64,000 nt of DNA, from contig OY730476.1 in NCBI GenBank assembly GCA_963422735.1, forward strand, positions 4,889,053 through 4,953,052. Direction: 5' to 3'. The notes beneath the pieces were generated by a model. It did no database searches, was not told the origin of the DNA, and saw nothing but the letters and a program-made list of their open reading frames with translations. This document shows, piece by piece, positions 9,949 to 20,189 of the stretch (positions within the stretch are counted from its first letter, which is position 1; every line of letters starts with the position of its first letter). The stretch comes from Candidatus Latescibacterota bacterium (GTDB lineage: Bacteria > Latescibacterota > UBA2968 > UBA8231). The translations under genes and the position numbers were made by a program.

Positions 9949-10752
9949 ATGACCAAAATCGTAATCTGCGGGGTGGCCGGGCGCATGGGGCAGCGGCTGG
10001 CCCACTTGGTTTTGACGGCTGCTGATTTGGAGTTGTGCGGTGGCAAGGAGCACCCGGCCCACGAGGCGGTGGGGCGCGACATCGGCGAGGTCATCGGCAC
10101 CCGGCGTCTCGACTTAACGGTCAGCGACACGCTGGCGGGCATCGTCGAGCCAGACCGGGTTGTCATCAGTTTCACGACCCCGGAAGCGACCCTCGAAGAC
10201 GCGGCCCTCTGCGCGGTGCGCGGAGGGCCCATGGTGGTGGGGACCACGGGTTTTAACCCGGAGCAGCTAGCGGAATTCAAGCGGACGGTAGCAGACATTA
10301 CGTGCGTGTTTGCGTCGAATTTTAGCACCGCCATGAACGTGCTCTTCAAACTGGTAGAAGAGACGGCGCGGATCTTGGGCGACGACTACGACGTGGAAGT
10401 CATTGAAGCGCATCACCGGCACAAGGTCGATGCGCCCTCTGGATCGGCACTGACACTGGCCGAGCGGGCCGCGGCCGGATTGGGCCGCAATTTGGGGGAG
10501 GTGGCCGTACATGGGCGGTCGGGTGTAGTCGGCGAGCGCTCTCGCCAGGAGATTGGCGTACATGCGATCCGCGCCGGCGACTTGGCGGGCGATCACTCGG
10601 TGCTCTACGCGGCCCCGGGCGAGTGCCTTGAACTGCAGCACCGCGCCACGAGCCGCGATTCCTTTGCTTTGGGTGCGCTGCGCGCCGCTCGCTTTGCAGC
10701 GCAGGCCGCGCCGGGGATGTACTCGATGGGAGACGTGCTGGGGCTGGGTTAA
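9949..10752 (+). CDS. dapB: 4-hydroxy-tetrahydrodipicolinate reductase
   Basis: GVAGRMG, GTTG, EAHHRHKVDAPSG. Confidence 0.96.
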   Translation: MTKIVICGVAGRMGQRLAHLVLTAADLELCGGKEHPAHEAVGRDIGEVIGTRRLDLTVSDTLAGIVEPDRVVISFTTPEATLEDAALCAVRGGPMVVGTTGFNPEQLAEFKRTVADITCVFASNFSTAMNVLFKLVEETARILGDDYDVEVIEAHHRHKVDAPSGSALTLAERAAAGLGRNLGEVAVHGRSGVVGERSRQEIGVHAIRAGDLAGDHSVLYAAPGECLELQHRATSRDSFALGALRAARFAAQAAPGMYSMGDVLGLG

Positions 10753-10756
10753 TAGC

Positions 10757-11524
10757 TCAGCGCTTGGGGCGGAGGAGGTGCTGCGGCCCTGGCCACAGGG
10801 TCTGGATCTTGTCGCGCAGCCGTGCAGCTTCCTCAAAGTTTTCCGCTTCCACGGCCACCTGTAGGTCGCGCTCTAATTGCTCGCGCTGGGACAGCGGGCG
10901 CTCCTGCTCCAATTCCTCGTACCATTCGCGCAAAAAGGAAATCTCGGGCAAATCCTCTTCTAGCTCGGATTCCCATTCTTCGACAAAACTCTCGATGTGG
11001 GCAATGCCCTCTTCCACAGCGCGCATGGCCGCTGGATAGTCGTCGTTGTGCAGGGCTAGCATGGCGTGCGCTCGGGTCTGCATCATAATCGCGTGTGGGT
11101 AGTACTGCTCAAAGTACCAGCGGATCTCGTCGTTGGGTGCGCACTGATTGATCAATTCAAAAATTTGTAGGGTGTGCTCGGTATCGGCGACGACCCCTTC
11201 GTAGTCCTCTAAGTTGAACAGACTCAAGTAGCGGTGGTAATACTGCCAGGCCTCTTGGAAGAGCTCCTCGCACTCGTCCTCCCCTAACACAAAGCCTTCC
11301 GGGGTGTCGCGCGATTCGATGAGGTCTTGATAGTAGTCGAGCAGCGAGGGGTAGCCGTGCGGTTGTTGGCCGTCGGGACGGCCGTCCAATTCGAGCTGAA
11401 GAAGCCCCATGTCGATGCGGATTTGAAGTTTTTCCTCGCCTTTGCTGGTGCGGATGCGCCGAGCGAGGAATTCGTCGGGCTTGAATTCCCAACCGTTGAG
11501 CAAGTCGCCGATATCGTAATTCAT
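10757..11524 (-). CDS. UvrB/UvrC motif-containing protein
   Basis: QIRIDMGLLQLELDGRPDG N-terminus; C-terminal AVEAENFEEAARLRDKI UVR motif. Confidence 0.85.
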   Translation of the reverse strand: MNYDIGDLLNGWEFKPDEFLARRIRTSKGEEKLQIRIDMGLLQLELDGRPDGQQPHGYPSLLDYYQDLIESRDTPEGFVLGEDECEELFQEAWQYYHRYLSLFNLEDYEGVVADTEHTLQIFELINQCAPNDEIRWYFEQYYPHAIMMQTRAHAMLALHNDDYPAAMRAVEEGIAHIESFVEEWESELEEDLPEISFLREWYEELEQERPLSQREQLERDLQVAVEAENFEEAARLRDKIQTLWPGPQHLLRPKR

Positions 11525-11552
11525 GGGCGCGCTCTCTGACAGAAGATAGAAT

Positions 11553-11590
11553 GAAAAACCCCGTCCCCAAGGAGGCTGGGGGAGCACAGG
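11553..11590 (-). terminator. terminator-like hairpin with U-tract just upstream of the UVR-motif gene
   Basis: minus strand ccctgtgctccccc-agcctcctt-ggggacggggttttt. Confidence 0.35.
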
Positions 11591-11666
11591 GACAATATAG
11601 GGCAGAACCTGGTACTGCGCTACTAATCGGCGTGTTTCTCGTCCAATCGCTTGCCCAGACAAAAGA

Positions 11667-11691
11667 AGCGCGGGGCTGCAAGCCCCGCGCT
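11667..11691 (-). terminator. perfect 11-bp hairpin, intrinsic terminator-like
   Basis: agcgcggggct-gca-agccccgcgct, followed by tctttt on the minus strand. Confidence 0.55.
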
Positions 11692-11855
11692 CATTGTGAT
11701 ATATAATATACGAAAAAGGAAAGAGGATGTCCAGTAAAAGGATTTAAGTAGAATATAAATAACATGTTATAGAAAATTTTATATTGACGCGATCCACCGC
11801 TTAATCTACCTTAAGACCGTCCCCAATTCCCAATTCATTCCACACAGGAGGACCG

Positions 11856-12620
11856 ATGTCCCAGCACGAGAACGATGCTCTGCAAGTGCAGGGTGGCCGG
11901 GTGGTGCTAGGGGAGTGGTCGGGCGATCTGGAAGAATTGATCGCCAAGAACGTCGCCTTGCGCCAGATGCTGTGCGAAGAGCGCGCCGACGAGGCCCGTG
12001 CGCTGCTCAAGGCACAGGCCGTTGAGGAACAAGCCGCGCTAGTAGCCATAGACGAAAACCCCGAGGAGGTGCTCTCGCTGACCGGCATGGACGCCCAAGG
12101 CCGCCCGGGGTATTTGCCCGCTGTCGTCGATAAGCTGCCGTCGGAGATCATCGCCGAGTTGGTTGCTCCCAGCGAGTACAAGCTGGCGAGATTCAACACC
12201 GCGCTTTTGCAAACCATGTCGGTGGAGTCGTTTGCCCGCGCCGTAGAAGATACGCTCGATCCGATTTACTATCACGGCAACCGCACTAAGGTGTCGTGGG
12301 AGTGGCTCGAAGCGGTCGCCGCGCTAGACGATCACAACAAGCGCGCTGCGCTCTTGTACAAGGTGGATCAGAACCTGCTAGAGGAAGCCTTCCTCGACAA
12401 GGTTGATGGCATTGATATGCACGCCGAGATCGATGCGGGCCGTTACGGTACTGTTTCGGCTTATCGCTTGCTTTCGGAGTCGGGCCAGGCGATGATGTTG
12501 CCGCCGGTCAGCGACCCGGAGGTCCGCGAGGTCATCCACGCTTTGCACCAAGCCGCGCCCGAGTTGCTCGCAAAGGTGCTGCGCGCTGCTTGGGAGCGGG
12601 CCGGTGGAGAGGCCTCGTGA
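11856..12620 (+). CDS. hypothetical alpha-helical protein
   Basis: 254-aa ORF with strong SD (aggagga) and host-like codon usage. Confidence 0.8.
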   Translation: MSQHENDALQVQGGRVVLGEWSGDLEELIAKNVALRQMLCEERADEARALLKAQAVEEQAALVAIDENPEEVLSLTGMDAQGRPGYLPAVVDKLPSEIIAELVAPSEYKLARFNTALLQTMSVESFARAVEDTLDPIYYHGNRTKVSWEWLEAVAALDDHNKRAALLYKVDQNLLEEAFLDKVDGIDMHAEIDAGRYGTVSAYRLLSESGQAMMLPPVSDPEVREVIHALHQAAPELLAKVLRAAWERAGGEAS

Positions 12621-13528
12621 GCCGGCTAGCGCGCGTCGATCTCAACCAAGTCTTGCTCGACCGCCATAGTTTCATCGGCCAAGTGGTGGCCGCGGGCCTC
12701 GAATACGGGCAGTTGCCGCCGCACTTTATGGATTCGCTGCGGGCTTATCTCCGGGTCCACGGGCTGGCCTTTGCCCAGCGCCAGCGCACTGGCATCGCCC
12801 TCGGCCGCGACCGGTTGCGCCAGGGTATGGAGCGAGGTTTGGCGTGCATGGACTTGGCGCTGGAGGAGGAAAGCGGCGGCGACCTCAACGCAGCCGTCGC
12901 CAAGCTGGCCAGCGACCCGTTTGACGCGCTCTACAAGCAGGGTTGGGAGCGCGCTTTCCAGCGCTTGGAAAAGATGCGCCAGCAGGCCTGCGCCTTGGTC
13001 GGCTGTCCCGAACTGGGTTTTTGGCCCGACCTGCGCCCCAAAGTCGCAGCTTGGGCCCAGATCGTGCCTGAGACATGGGCCGGACCCAGTGCCATTGACC
13101 TGCGCGCCGACGGCCAAACGCTGCAAGAGCTAACCGGCAAGGTGGCCTTTGTGCGCTCGTTGCCAAAGCCATCGATAGCCGCTTTGCTCGAGCAGGTCGA
13201 GGTGGATTTCGCCGGCGTACTGCATCGCGTCATTTTGGCGTTGGCGCTGGGGCGTGTCGAGCTAGAGGTCAACGAGGCGCACGTGTCGCGCTTTCGCGCC
13301 GAGTGCTTTGATGCAGGTGGGCTGCGCCCTCACGTGCGTCGGCAGGTGGTAGCCCAGTTCGTCGGGCACTTGGACGATGCCGTGGCGGATGCGGAAATCC
13401 GGGCGCAGATTGCCGATGAGTTGGGCGCGGAAATCGCGGTGCTAGAACGGGCCGCGGACCGGGGCGACCTAGCGGCGTTCTTTCTAGCGCATCCGGTGTC
13501 GCTTTTTCCGCTTGGGGAATTTGAGTAG
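12617..13528 (+). CDS. hypothetical protein (DUF6178/DUF6179-like helical segment)
   Basis: GTGA overlap with upstream gene; GLACMDLALEEESGGDLNAAVAKL...LYKQG segment. Confidence 0.7.
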   Translation: MSRLARVDLNQVLLDRHSFIGQVVAAGLEYGQLPPHFMDSLRAYLRVHGLAFAQRQRTGIALGRDRLRQGMERGLACMDLALEEESGGDLNAAVAKLASDPFDALYKQGWERAFQRLEKMRQQACALVGCPELGFWPDLRPKVAAWAQIVPETWAGPSAIDLRADGQTLQELTGKVAFVRSLPKPSIAALLEQVEVDFAGVLHRVILALALGRVELEVNEAHVSRFRAECFDAGGLRPHVRRQVVAQFVGHLDDAVADAEIRAQIADELGAEIAVLERAADRGDLAAFFLAHPVSLFPLGEFE

Positions 13529-13588
13529 CTTTGCAAGCCTCATTGACTAGCGGTTTTCCTATGCACTCTACACCTTCTGCGAGGTCTT

Positions 13589-14506
13589 ATGGCTCATCGC
13601 GAATTCACCCCCACCCACTACCACACGACTATCGGCTGGCACGAGCCCGTGCTGGCCATCGCCCCCGGCGATACGGTCTCTACCACGACAGTTGATGCTC
13701 GCGGCCAAGACCAGCACGGCGAGCGGGTCACTGAGCGCGGCAACCCGATGACTGGTCCTTTCTACATAGAGGGAGCCGATCCGGGCGACACCTTGGTCGT
13801 TCATTTCGACAAGCTCTACCCCAACCGCGACTGGGGCTGGACGGCCAAGGGAATCGCGCCCAATGTGCTGGACCCGGGTTTTACAACCGGGATTGAGCGC
13901 GACGACCAACCGCTCCGGTGGCCGATTGACCTAGCCGCAGGCACGACGACGCAGCCGGATGTTCTACCGGGCTTGGTGCTGCCCCTTAGCCCGATGCTGG
14001 GCTGTTTCGGAGTGGCTCCGCCGCGCGGTCAGGCCATTTCCACGGCGACCTCTTCGACCCACGGCGGCAACATGGACTACCGAGGCTTTGTCGCAGGCGC
14101 GACCGTCTATCTGCCGGTCGCGGCCCCGGGGGCACTCTTCCACCTAGGCGACGGGCACGCCATCCAAGGCGACGGCGAGATCGTCGGCACGGGCGTGGAA
14201 ATTTCCTTTGACGCGACATTTAGGGTCGAGGTGCTCAAAGGCCAGCCGATCGGCTGGCCCCGCGCCGAGAACGCCACGCACATTCTCGCGGTCGGCAATG
14301 CGCGTCCTTTGGACCAATGCGTGCAACACGCTACCAGCGAGATGGTCAACTGGCTCACCGAGGATTACGCGCTTACCGAGATGAGTGCCCACGCGCTTTT
14401 AGGGCAGTGCGTGGAATACGACATGGGGAACGTGTACGACCCGGCGTACACCATGGTTTGCAAGGTCGCGAAGTCGCTGCTAAAGGGCGTAGCCAGTGAT
14501 CAGTGA
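13589..14506 (+). CDS. acetamidase/formamidase family protein
   Basis: NPMTGPFYIEGADPGD, HGGNMD, GDGHAIQGDGE, GTGVE. Confidence 0.92.
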   Translation: MAHREFTPTHYHTTIGWHEPVLAIAPGDTVSTTTVDARGQDQHGERVTERGNPMTGPFYIEGADPGDTLVVHFDKLYPNRDWGWTAKGIAPNVLDPGFTTGIERDDQPLRWPIDLAAGTTTQPDVLPGLVLPLSPMLGCFGVAPPRGQAISTATSSTHGGNMDYRGFVAGATVYLPVAAPGALFHLGDGHAIQGDGEIVGTGVEISFDATFRVEVLKGQPIGWPRAENATHILAVGNARPLDQCVQHATSEMVNWLTEDYALTEMSAHALLGQCVEYDMGNVYDPAYTMVCKVAKSLLKGVASDQ

Positions 14507-14584
14507 TCAGTGATCAGTGGTTAGCCCCCGCACCGGGCCTTGGTGGAGAGGGGAAGGGGCTGACCACTAACCACTAACCACTAA
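14494..14584. repeat. inverted heptamer tandem repeats forming a hairpin between convergent genes
   Basis: (cagtgat)3 cagtggttag ... ctgacca(ctaacca)2ctaa. Confidence 0.8.
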
Positions 14585-16074
14585 TCGGCGATGGAGTCGA
14601 GGCCCTCGGGCTGAGGCAGGACGTAGCGGACGGGCTGGATGGTGCCGTCGCGGCGGCGCGCTTGTTCAACGCGCTTGCACTTGATGACCGAGTGCTCGAT
14701 GAGCAGGTCGTCGTCGATTTGGCAGCCGTAGAGGTAGCTGGTGCCCTTGATGGTCACGCGCTCGCCCACGCGCATGGGGTGCTCGTCGCTGCCGGTCATG
14801 AGCACTCCAGACTCGATGCGGCTGTGCGCTCCAACCCGCAGGTTCCCTTTGATGATATTGCGGCTGAGCACTTCGACTTCGTCGCTAAGAGCGAGGGTTT
14901 GCCCTGGGTACGCGCTCAGCTCGACGCCGACGCCAATTTGTACCCCCTCGCCTAGCACCACGTGGCCGCTTAGATGGCTGCGGTCCCCAATGGTGACTCG
15001 ACGGTCGAGCTGGATCTCGGGACCGATATAGGTGCCCTTGCCGATGACGATGTCCAAGGGGCCGCGCTCGGCGTCCATTTTGAGTATCTGCTCAATGACC
15101 TCGTCGGCGATGAAAAAGTCTTCCTCGTCGGCGATGGTGATGGTGTCCTTGAGTTTGTCGTAGGCCCAGCGGCGGGCTATGGCCTGCATCTGATACCAGA
15201 CGCTTTTGACGTTGAAGGCGAGGAGCTCCTCTTCGCTGTCGGCCGTGGCGGCCCGCACCACGAGCTGGTGCTGATTGAAAATTTGCACCAAGTCGGTCAG
15301 CAGCAATTCGCCTTGGACATTGTCGGTGTCGAGATGCTGGATGTAGGTCCGCAGCACCTTTTCTCTGAAGGCGACGACGCCGGTGTTGATCTCGCGCGTT
15401 TCCAACAGCTCTTGGCGCGTGAAGGTGTAGGTGCGGCCATTGTAAGCGGCCTCGTAGGGCGTTGCCGCATCGAGGCTGAGGATGTCCTTGTGCTCCCTGA
15501 TTTCAATGACCTTGTCGCGGTCTGCGCCCGCTGGTTGTCCCTCGGCGTCGGTGGCTGGTACGCGCACGATGCGGCCATAGGAGTTGGTCTCGGCCGCGCC
15601 ACTGTACAGGCCGGTGAGCACCATCATGTCGCAGTCGGCGTTGTCAAAGCTGGCGCGAAATTGGGCGACGACCTGCCCGGTCAACAAGCCCATGTCCCCT
15701 AAAAAGATGTACACGTCGCGGTCGGCAGCCGTCGCGGGGAAGGCTTGAAGGCCGACGTTCACGGCGTCGCCGGTTCCGGCCGGCCGGCCGAGGACCGGCT
15801 TTTCTTGGTACGCGAAAAGGCGTCCCGGTTGGGGGCCGACCGCGCGGGCGACGTCCGCGCCCTTGATGCCCACGACGATGACCTGATTGGGGCTGGCGAG
15901 TCCCTCTTGCACGGCGCGGGCCACGCGCACAGCCGTGGGCTGGCCCCAGATTTCGTGCAGCATCTTGGAGGTCTCCGAGCGGATGCGTTTGCCGTGGCCG
16001 GCGGCTAAAACGATGCCAATGCGGTGGATGTCGTCTAGGATTGGTGAATTGATCTCCGCGAGTAAGTCGTGCAT
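14581..16074 (-). CDS. GlmU-like nucleotidyltransferase with short left-handed beta-helix
   Basis: LAAGHGKRIRS...K, GTGDAV, YGRIVR, EINTG, NVQGELLLTD; hexapeptide repeats at C-terminus. Confidence 0.8.
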   Translation of the reverse strand: MHDLLAEINSPILDDIHRIGIVLAAGHGKRIRSETSKMLHEIWGQPTAVRVARAVQEGLASPNQVIVVGIKGADVARAVGPQPGRLFAYQEKPVLGRPAGTGDAVNVGLQAFPATAADRDVYIFLGDMGLLTGQVVAQFRASFDNADCDMMVLTGLYSGAAETNSYGRIVRVPATDAEGQPAGADRDKVIEIREHKDILSLDAATPYEAAYNGRTYTFTRQELLETREINTGVVAFREKVLRTYIQHLDTDNVQGELLLTDLVQIFNQHQLVVRAATADSEEELLAFNVKSVWYQMQAIARRWAYDKLKDTITIADEEDFFIADEVIEQILKMDAERGPLDIVIGKGTYIGPEIQLDRRVTIGDRSHLSGHVVLGEGVQIGVGVELSAYPGQTLALSDEVEVLSRNIIKGNLRVGAHSRIESGVLMTGSDEHPMRVGERVTIKGTSYLYGCQIDDDLLIEHSVIKCKRVEQARRRDGTIQPVRYVLPQPEGLDSIAD

Positions 16075-16128
16075 CGAGTCTCTTTCCTCATAGCGTTCTG
16101 GTTACAACTTCTCGTATGCTCAGGCACT

Positions 16129-18255
16129 TTAACGCAACGGTCGTGCCTCGGGTTCCTTCCCGCTAGCGCTCTTTAGGACGTCGATGTCCTCGCCGAGGGC
16201 CGTACGCATGAGTAGCTCCTGCATGCTGTGGCCCGGGGTGGCGCACTCGGGTTGGCGGCGGACGTACGTGCCGTCTGGGCTCATCTGCCGAGATTTGGCG
16301 CGATCGGCGAGCGCGAGCGCGAGCAACTCGCGATAGATGCGCTGCTTCAGACTTTGGTCCAAGATGGGGAAGACGACTTCGACCCGGCCGCGCAGGTTGC
16401 GATTCATCCAGTCCGCGCTGCCGAGCCAGACTTCCTCGTCGCCGCCGTTGGCAAAGTAAAAGACCCGGCTGTGCTCTAAGAAGCGGCCAATGATGCTGTA
16501 CACGCGGATGTTCTCGCTGATGCCGTTGAGGCCAGCGCGCAAACAGCAGATGCCGCGCACGATCAGATCGATCTCGACGCCGGCCTGCGAGGCCGCGTAC
16601 AGGGCCTTGATGATCGCCGGATCCATCAGGCCGTTCATCTTGGCGATGATGGCGGCCGGCCGGCCGGCGCGGGCGTGTTGGCTTTCGCGCTCAATGCGGT
16701 CGATCATGCCCTGCATCAGCCCAGAGGGGGCGACTAGCAGTTGCTCGAATTGGCTGGTTCGGTTGTGGGCTGTGAGCAGGTTGAAGACCTCGGCCACCTC
16801 TGCGGCGATCGTCGGCTCGGCGGTAATCAGCCCTAGATCTGTGTAGAGCCGTGCGGTGGTGTGGTTGTAATTGCCGGTACCCAAGTGGGCGTAGCGGCGT
16901 AGGCGGTCTTGATCGCGGCGCACTAGCATGGAGAGCTTGCAATGGGTCTTTAGGCCCATGATGCCATAGACCACGTGGATGCCGCTGTCTTCGAGGCGCT
17001 TGGCCCACTCGATATTGGCCGCTTCGTCGCCGCGGGCCTTTAGCTCGACGAGCACGGTTACTTCTTTGCGACGCGCGGCCGCGTCGATGAGTGCCTGTCC
17101 CACCTCTGAATCGTCGCCGGTGCGGTAGATGGTCTGTTTGATGGCCAGCACTTTGGGGTCGTTAGCCGCCATGCGGATGAAGTCGGTAACTGTGGAAAAC
17201 GACTCGTAGGGGTGGTGCAGGAGGATATCGCCGGCGCGGATGGACGCGAAGAAGGCCTCCGGGTCTTTGGGTAGGTCGCGCTCGACCGGCGCGAAGGGGG
17301 CGTCTTTGAGTGTGGGTCGCGGGACTAGATCGTACAGGGCCATGACGCGGTGGAGATTGACCGGTCCAGCCGCCCTAAACACGAGGCTGTCGTCGAGGTC
17401 GAACTCCTGTTGCAAAAGCGATACTAACCGGTCGGGCGCACCAGCGGCGATTTCCAGCCGCACGGCGTCGGCTTGACGCTGCTTGGTGACCTGCTCGGCA
17501 ATTTCTTCGAGCAGGTTGTCGGCGTCCTCCTCATTGACGTATAGCTCGCTGTTGCGGGTGATGCGGAACGGGGCCGAGCCGAAGACTTCATAGCCGCGGA
17601 ACAGTTCTCTGACTTGCAGTTCCATGATCCCGGCTAAGGTCACGAAGTGGCGGTCGTGGCCTTGGCCGGGCAGGCGCAGGATGCGCGGCAACACGCGCGG
17701 CACGGTCGCCACGCCCATCATTGATTGGCCCTGTCCTTCGAGCAGGGCCCCGATGCACAGGGCCTTGTTGAGTACGCGAGGGAAGGGATGGGCCGGATCG
17801 ACGACGATGGGCGTGAGGATCGGTTCGAGCTCTTCTTCCCAGTATTGATGCACGAAGTCGAGGTGCGCGCCTTTGATCTGGTGCGCCTCCCACAGGTAGA
17901 TTCCCTCGGCGGCTAGGGCCGGAATGAGGTCTTCGTTCCAGCAGCGATACTGTTCGGCGACCTGCTCGTGGGCTTGCTGGGCGATGCGCTCGAGCTGTTC
18001 GGCCGGGGTCAGGCCGTCGGGGCGACTGGGGTTGGTGCCCGACTCGTGCAATTGCAGCAAGCCGGCTACTCGGATTTCGTAAAACTCGTCGAGATTGCTG
18101 GCGACGATGGCCATGAATTTGACGCGCTCTAACAGAGGATTGCGCGGGTCTTGGGCTTCTTCGAGCACGCGGGCGTTGAAGTCGAGCCAAGAGAGTTCGC
18201 GGTTGATGTAGATCTCGGGGCGCTCGCACGTGGGCGGCGGGGCAGTTTCGTTCAT
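16129..18255 (-). CDS. ppk1: polyphosphate kinase 1
   Basis: NRELSWLDFNARVL, HPFP, LHHPYESF, LKTHCK, GTGNYN, GRFLEHSR, SADWM. Confidence 0.97.
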   Translation of the reverse strand: MNETAPPPTCERPEIYINRELSWLDFNARVLEEAQDPRNPLLERVKFMAIVASNLDEFYEIRVAGLLQLHESGTNPSRPDGLTPAEQLERIAQQAHEQVAEQYRCWNEDLIPALAAEGIYLWEAHQIKGAHLDFVHQYWEEELEPILTPIVVDPAHPFPRVLNKALCIGALLEGQGQSMMGVATVPRVLPRILRLPGQGHDRHFVTLAGIMELQVRELFRGYEVFGSAPFRITRNSELYVNEEDADNLLEEIAEQVTKQRQADAVRLEIAAGAPDRLVSLLQQEFDLDDSLVFRAAGPVNLHRVMALYDLVPRPTLKDAPFAPVERDLPKDPEAFFASIRAGDILLHHPYESFSTVTDFIRMAANDPKVLAIKQTIYRTGDDSEVGQALIDAAARRKEVTVLVELKARGDEAANIEWAKRLEDSGIHVVYGIMGLKTHCKLSMLVRRDQDRLRRYAHLGTGNYNHTTARLYTDLGLITAEPTIAAEVAEVFNLLTAHNRTSQFEQLLVAPSGLMQGMIDRIERESQHARAGRPAAIIAKMNGLMDPAIIKALYAASQAGVEIDLIVRGICCLRAGLNGISENIRVYSIIGRFLEHSRVFYFANGGDEEVWLGSADWMNRNLRGRVEVVFPILDQSLKQRIYRELLALALADRAKSRQMSPDGTYVRRQPECATPGHSMQELLMRTALGEDIDVLKSASGKEPEARPLR

Positions 18256-18256
18256 G

Positions 18257-19060
18257 TCAGTCGAGTTGGGAGATGGTTTCTCGCACAAACTGCACCGACT
18301 TTGTCAGCGCGTCTTTGGGGTCTCCTGCAAGCCCGCACTCGTAGGCCAGATACCCGTGAAAGCCGATGTCTTTGAGGGCCTGTAAGCCGGCGCGCCAATC
18401 GATGTCGCCGGTGCCCGGCTGCAGGCGCGTGTTGTCTGCCATGTGGACGTGGGCGACGTGGCGGCCTGCTTGGCGGAAGGCGGCCGGGGTGTCGGTCTCT
18501 TCGATGTGCATGTGGAAAAAGTCGCTGAGCAGGGCCACGCCTTGGGGGCTGCCGGCGCGCTCGATGATTTCGACGCCGTCGGCTTGGCGGCGCAAGAGGT
18601 GTTGCTCGTAGCGGTTGAGGGGTTCGAGTAGGAGCAGGGTGCCTTGGCTAGCAGCATAGGCGGCGAGGTCTTTGACCAGCTCGACGAGCAGGGCCTTCTC
18701 TAGGGAAATGGCGTCTTGGAGAGGCGAAAGGTCGGGAATGCGCGGCGGCCCAAAGATGGGGGGGACGATCTGGCCGACGGCTTGGAAGTGCCCGCAGGCT
18801 GCTAGTTGGCGGCGGGTTTCGGCGAGGCTGTTGGAGCGCTTGCGCGGGTCTGGGTCGAGCCAGTCAAAGGTCTGTTGGCCGCAGACAGAAGCGATCTTGA
18901 TGGAGCGGCCGGCGAGGGCCTTTTCGTACTGTTCGATGTGGTCGTACAGGCGTGCGCTGCCGCTGACCTCTAGACCTTCGATGGCGAGCGATTCGGCGAA
19001 GTCGAGCTTTTCTGCGAGGCTTTCGCCGGGCAGCAGCCCTTCCTGTAAGGCAATTTTCAT
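18257..19060 (-). CDS. sugar phosphate isomerase/epimerase (AP endonuclease 2 TIM barrel)
   Basis: LEPLNRYE, DFFHMHIEE, HVHMAD, PGTG. Confidence 0.88.
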   Translation of the reverse strand: MKIALQEGLLPGESLAEKLDFAESLAIEGLEVSGSARLYDHIEQYEKALAGRSIKIASVCGQQTFDWLDPDPRKRSNSLAETRRQLAACGHFQAVGQIVPPIFGPPRIPDLSPLQDAISLEKALLVELVKDLAAYAASQGTLLLLEPLNRYEQHLLRRQADGVEIIERAGSPQGVALLSDFFHMHIEETDTPAAFRQAGRHVAHVHMADNTRLQPGTGDIDWRAGLQALKDIGFHGYLAYECGLAGDPKDALTKSVQFVRETISQLD

Positions 19061-19087
19061 GGCGTCCTTCCTTCCGGCGGTCCAGCG

Positions 19088-20110
19088 TTAAAACTGGACG
19101 CCGAGCTTGATATTTGTTTCGGGTTGGGTGGCGATCTGGGGGTACGCCTCAAGCAGACCGTCAAAGGATACGATGGGCTGCACGATGGGCAGGCAATCGA
19201 CTTGGCCGGCAGCGAGCATGCGCCAGCAGACGTCGTAGATGCGGGCGTTGTCCCAATTGGGGTGGTCGGGGTTTGGCTCGCTATTGGCGCGCGAGAACGC
19301 GATGTGCGGCCGATTCATATGGGCTTCGGCGCCCAAGTCGAGGCCCGTCGTCCACGCCGCGGGATACGCGCCGGCCACGATGGTGCCCCGGTAGGCGACT
19401 CCGCGCAGAGCTTGCTGCATGGCTGCGGGATGCCCGCTGTAATCAATGATCACGTCTGCGCCGCGGCTGGCCGTGGCCTTCTTTATCTCCACGCCAGCAT
19501 CGCATTGGGTGGGGTCGAGGACGAGGTCGGCTCCGCAGGCACTGGCCACTTCGCGCCGGTTGGCCAGTGGGTCGAGGGCGATGATGGGATGGGCACCGGC
19601 CAACCGGCAGAATTGCACGGCGATCAGGCCGATGGCTCCGAGGCCCGAGACGGCTACGGCATCGCCGATGCGAACGTGCCCGTCGCGCACTGCGCCGAGA
19701 GCAAAATCCGCCGGGTCGAGGCAGACAGCCGCTTGCCAAGGTACGTCTGCGGGCAAGCGACGCGCGGTTTCGGGCCAGACGTGTTCCTCGCGGAATGGCC
19801 CGTAGTCGAAGATGCGGTCGCCTTCTTTGAGCTGCGTGACGCCCGGACCCAGCTCTACTACTTCGCCGACGCCCATGTTGCCCAGCGGCACCGGGTATTG
19901 GATGCCCTCGCCCCGATAGTCGAAGACGCGCTGCTCGGAGTCGAAGCGGCCGCGCGGGCCGGCGTACCCCTTAAACAGCGACATTTCAGTGCCGTGCTTG
20001 GCGGCCGCGTACAGGCTTTTGACGCGGACTTGGCCTCTGGCCAGTGGTGGAGATGCGTATTCCTGAAAGGACACTTGCTCAGCGGCTGGGGCGATGAGTG
20101 CTCGGGGCAT
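19088..20110 (-). CDS. zinc-binding alcohol dehydrogenase family protein
   Basis: KHGTE, GNMGVGEVVELG, GLGAIG NAD-binding motif. Confidence 0.85.
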   Translation of the reverse strand: MPRALIAPAAEQVSFQEYASPPLARGQVRVKSLYAAAKHGTEMSLFKGYAGPRGRFDSEQRVFDYRGEGIQYPVPLGNMGVGEVVELGPGVTQLKEGDRIFDYGPFREEHVWPETARRLPADVPWQAAVCLDPADFALGAVRDGHVRIGDAVAVSGLGAIGLIAVQFCRLAGAHPIIALDPLANRREVASACGADLVLDPTQCDAGVEIKKATASRGADVIIDYSGHPAAMQQALRGVAYRGTIVAGAYPAAWTTGLDLGAEAHMNRPHIAFSRANSEPNPDHPNWDNARIYDVCWRMLAAGQVDCLPIVQPIVSFDGLLEAYPQIATQPETNIKLGVQF

Positions 20111-20189
20111 GGGGCGACTTGCTTGACGTTGGGCGCGTTTTTGGGGTTTATTGCAGGCCAAAATATACACTTCAAAGTGAGGATATGCC

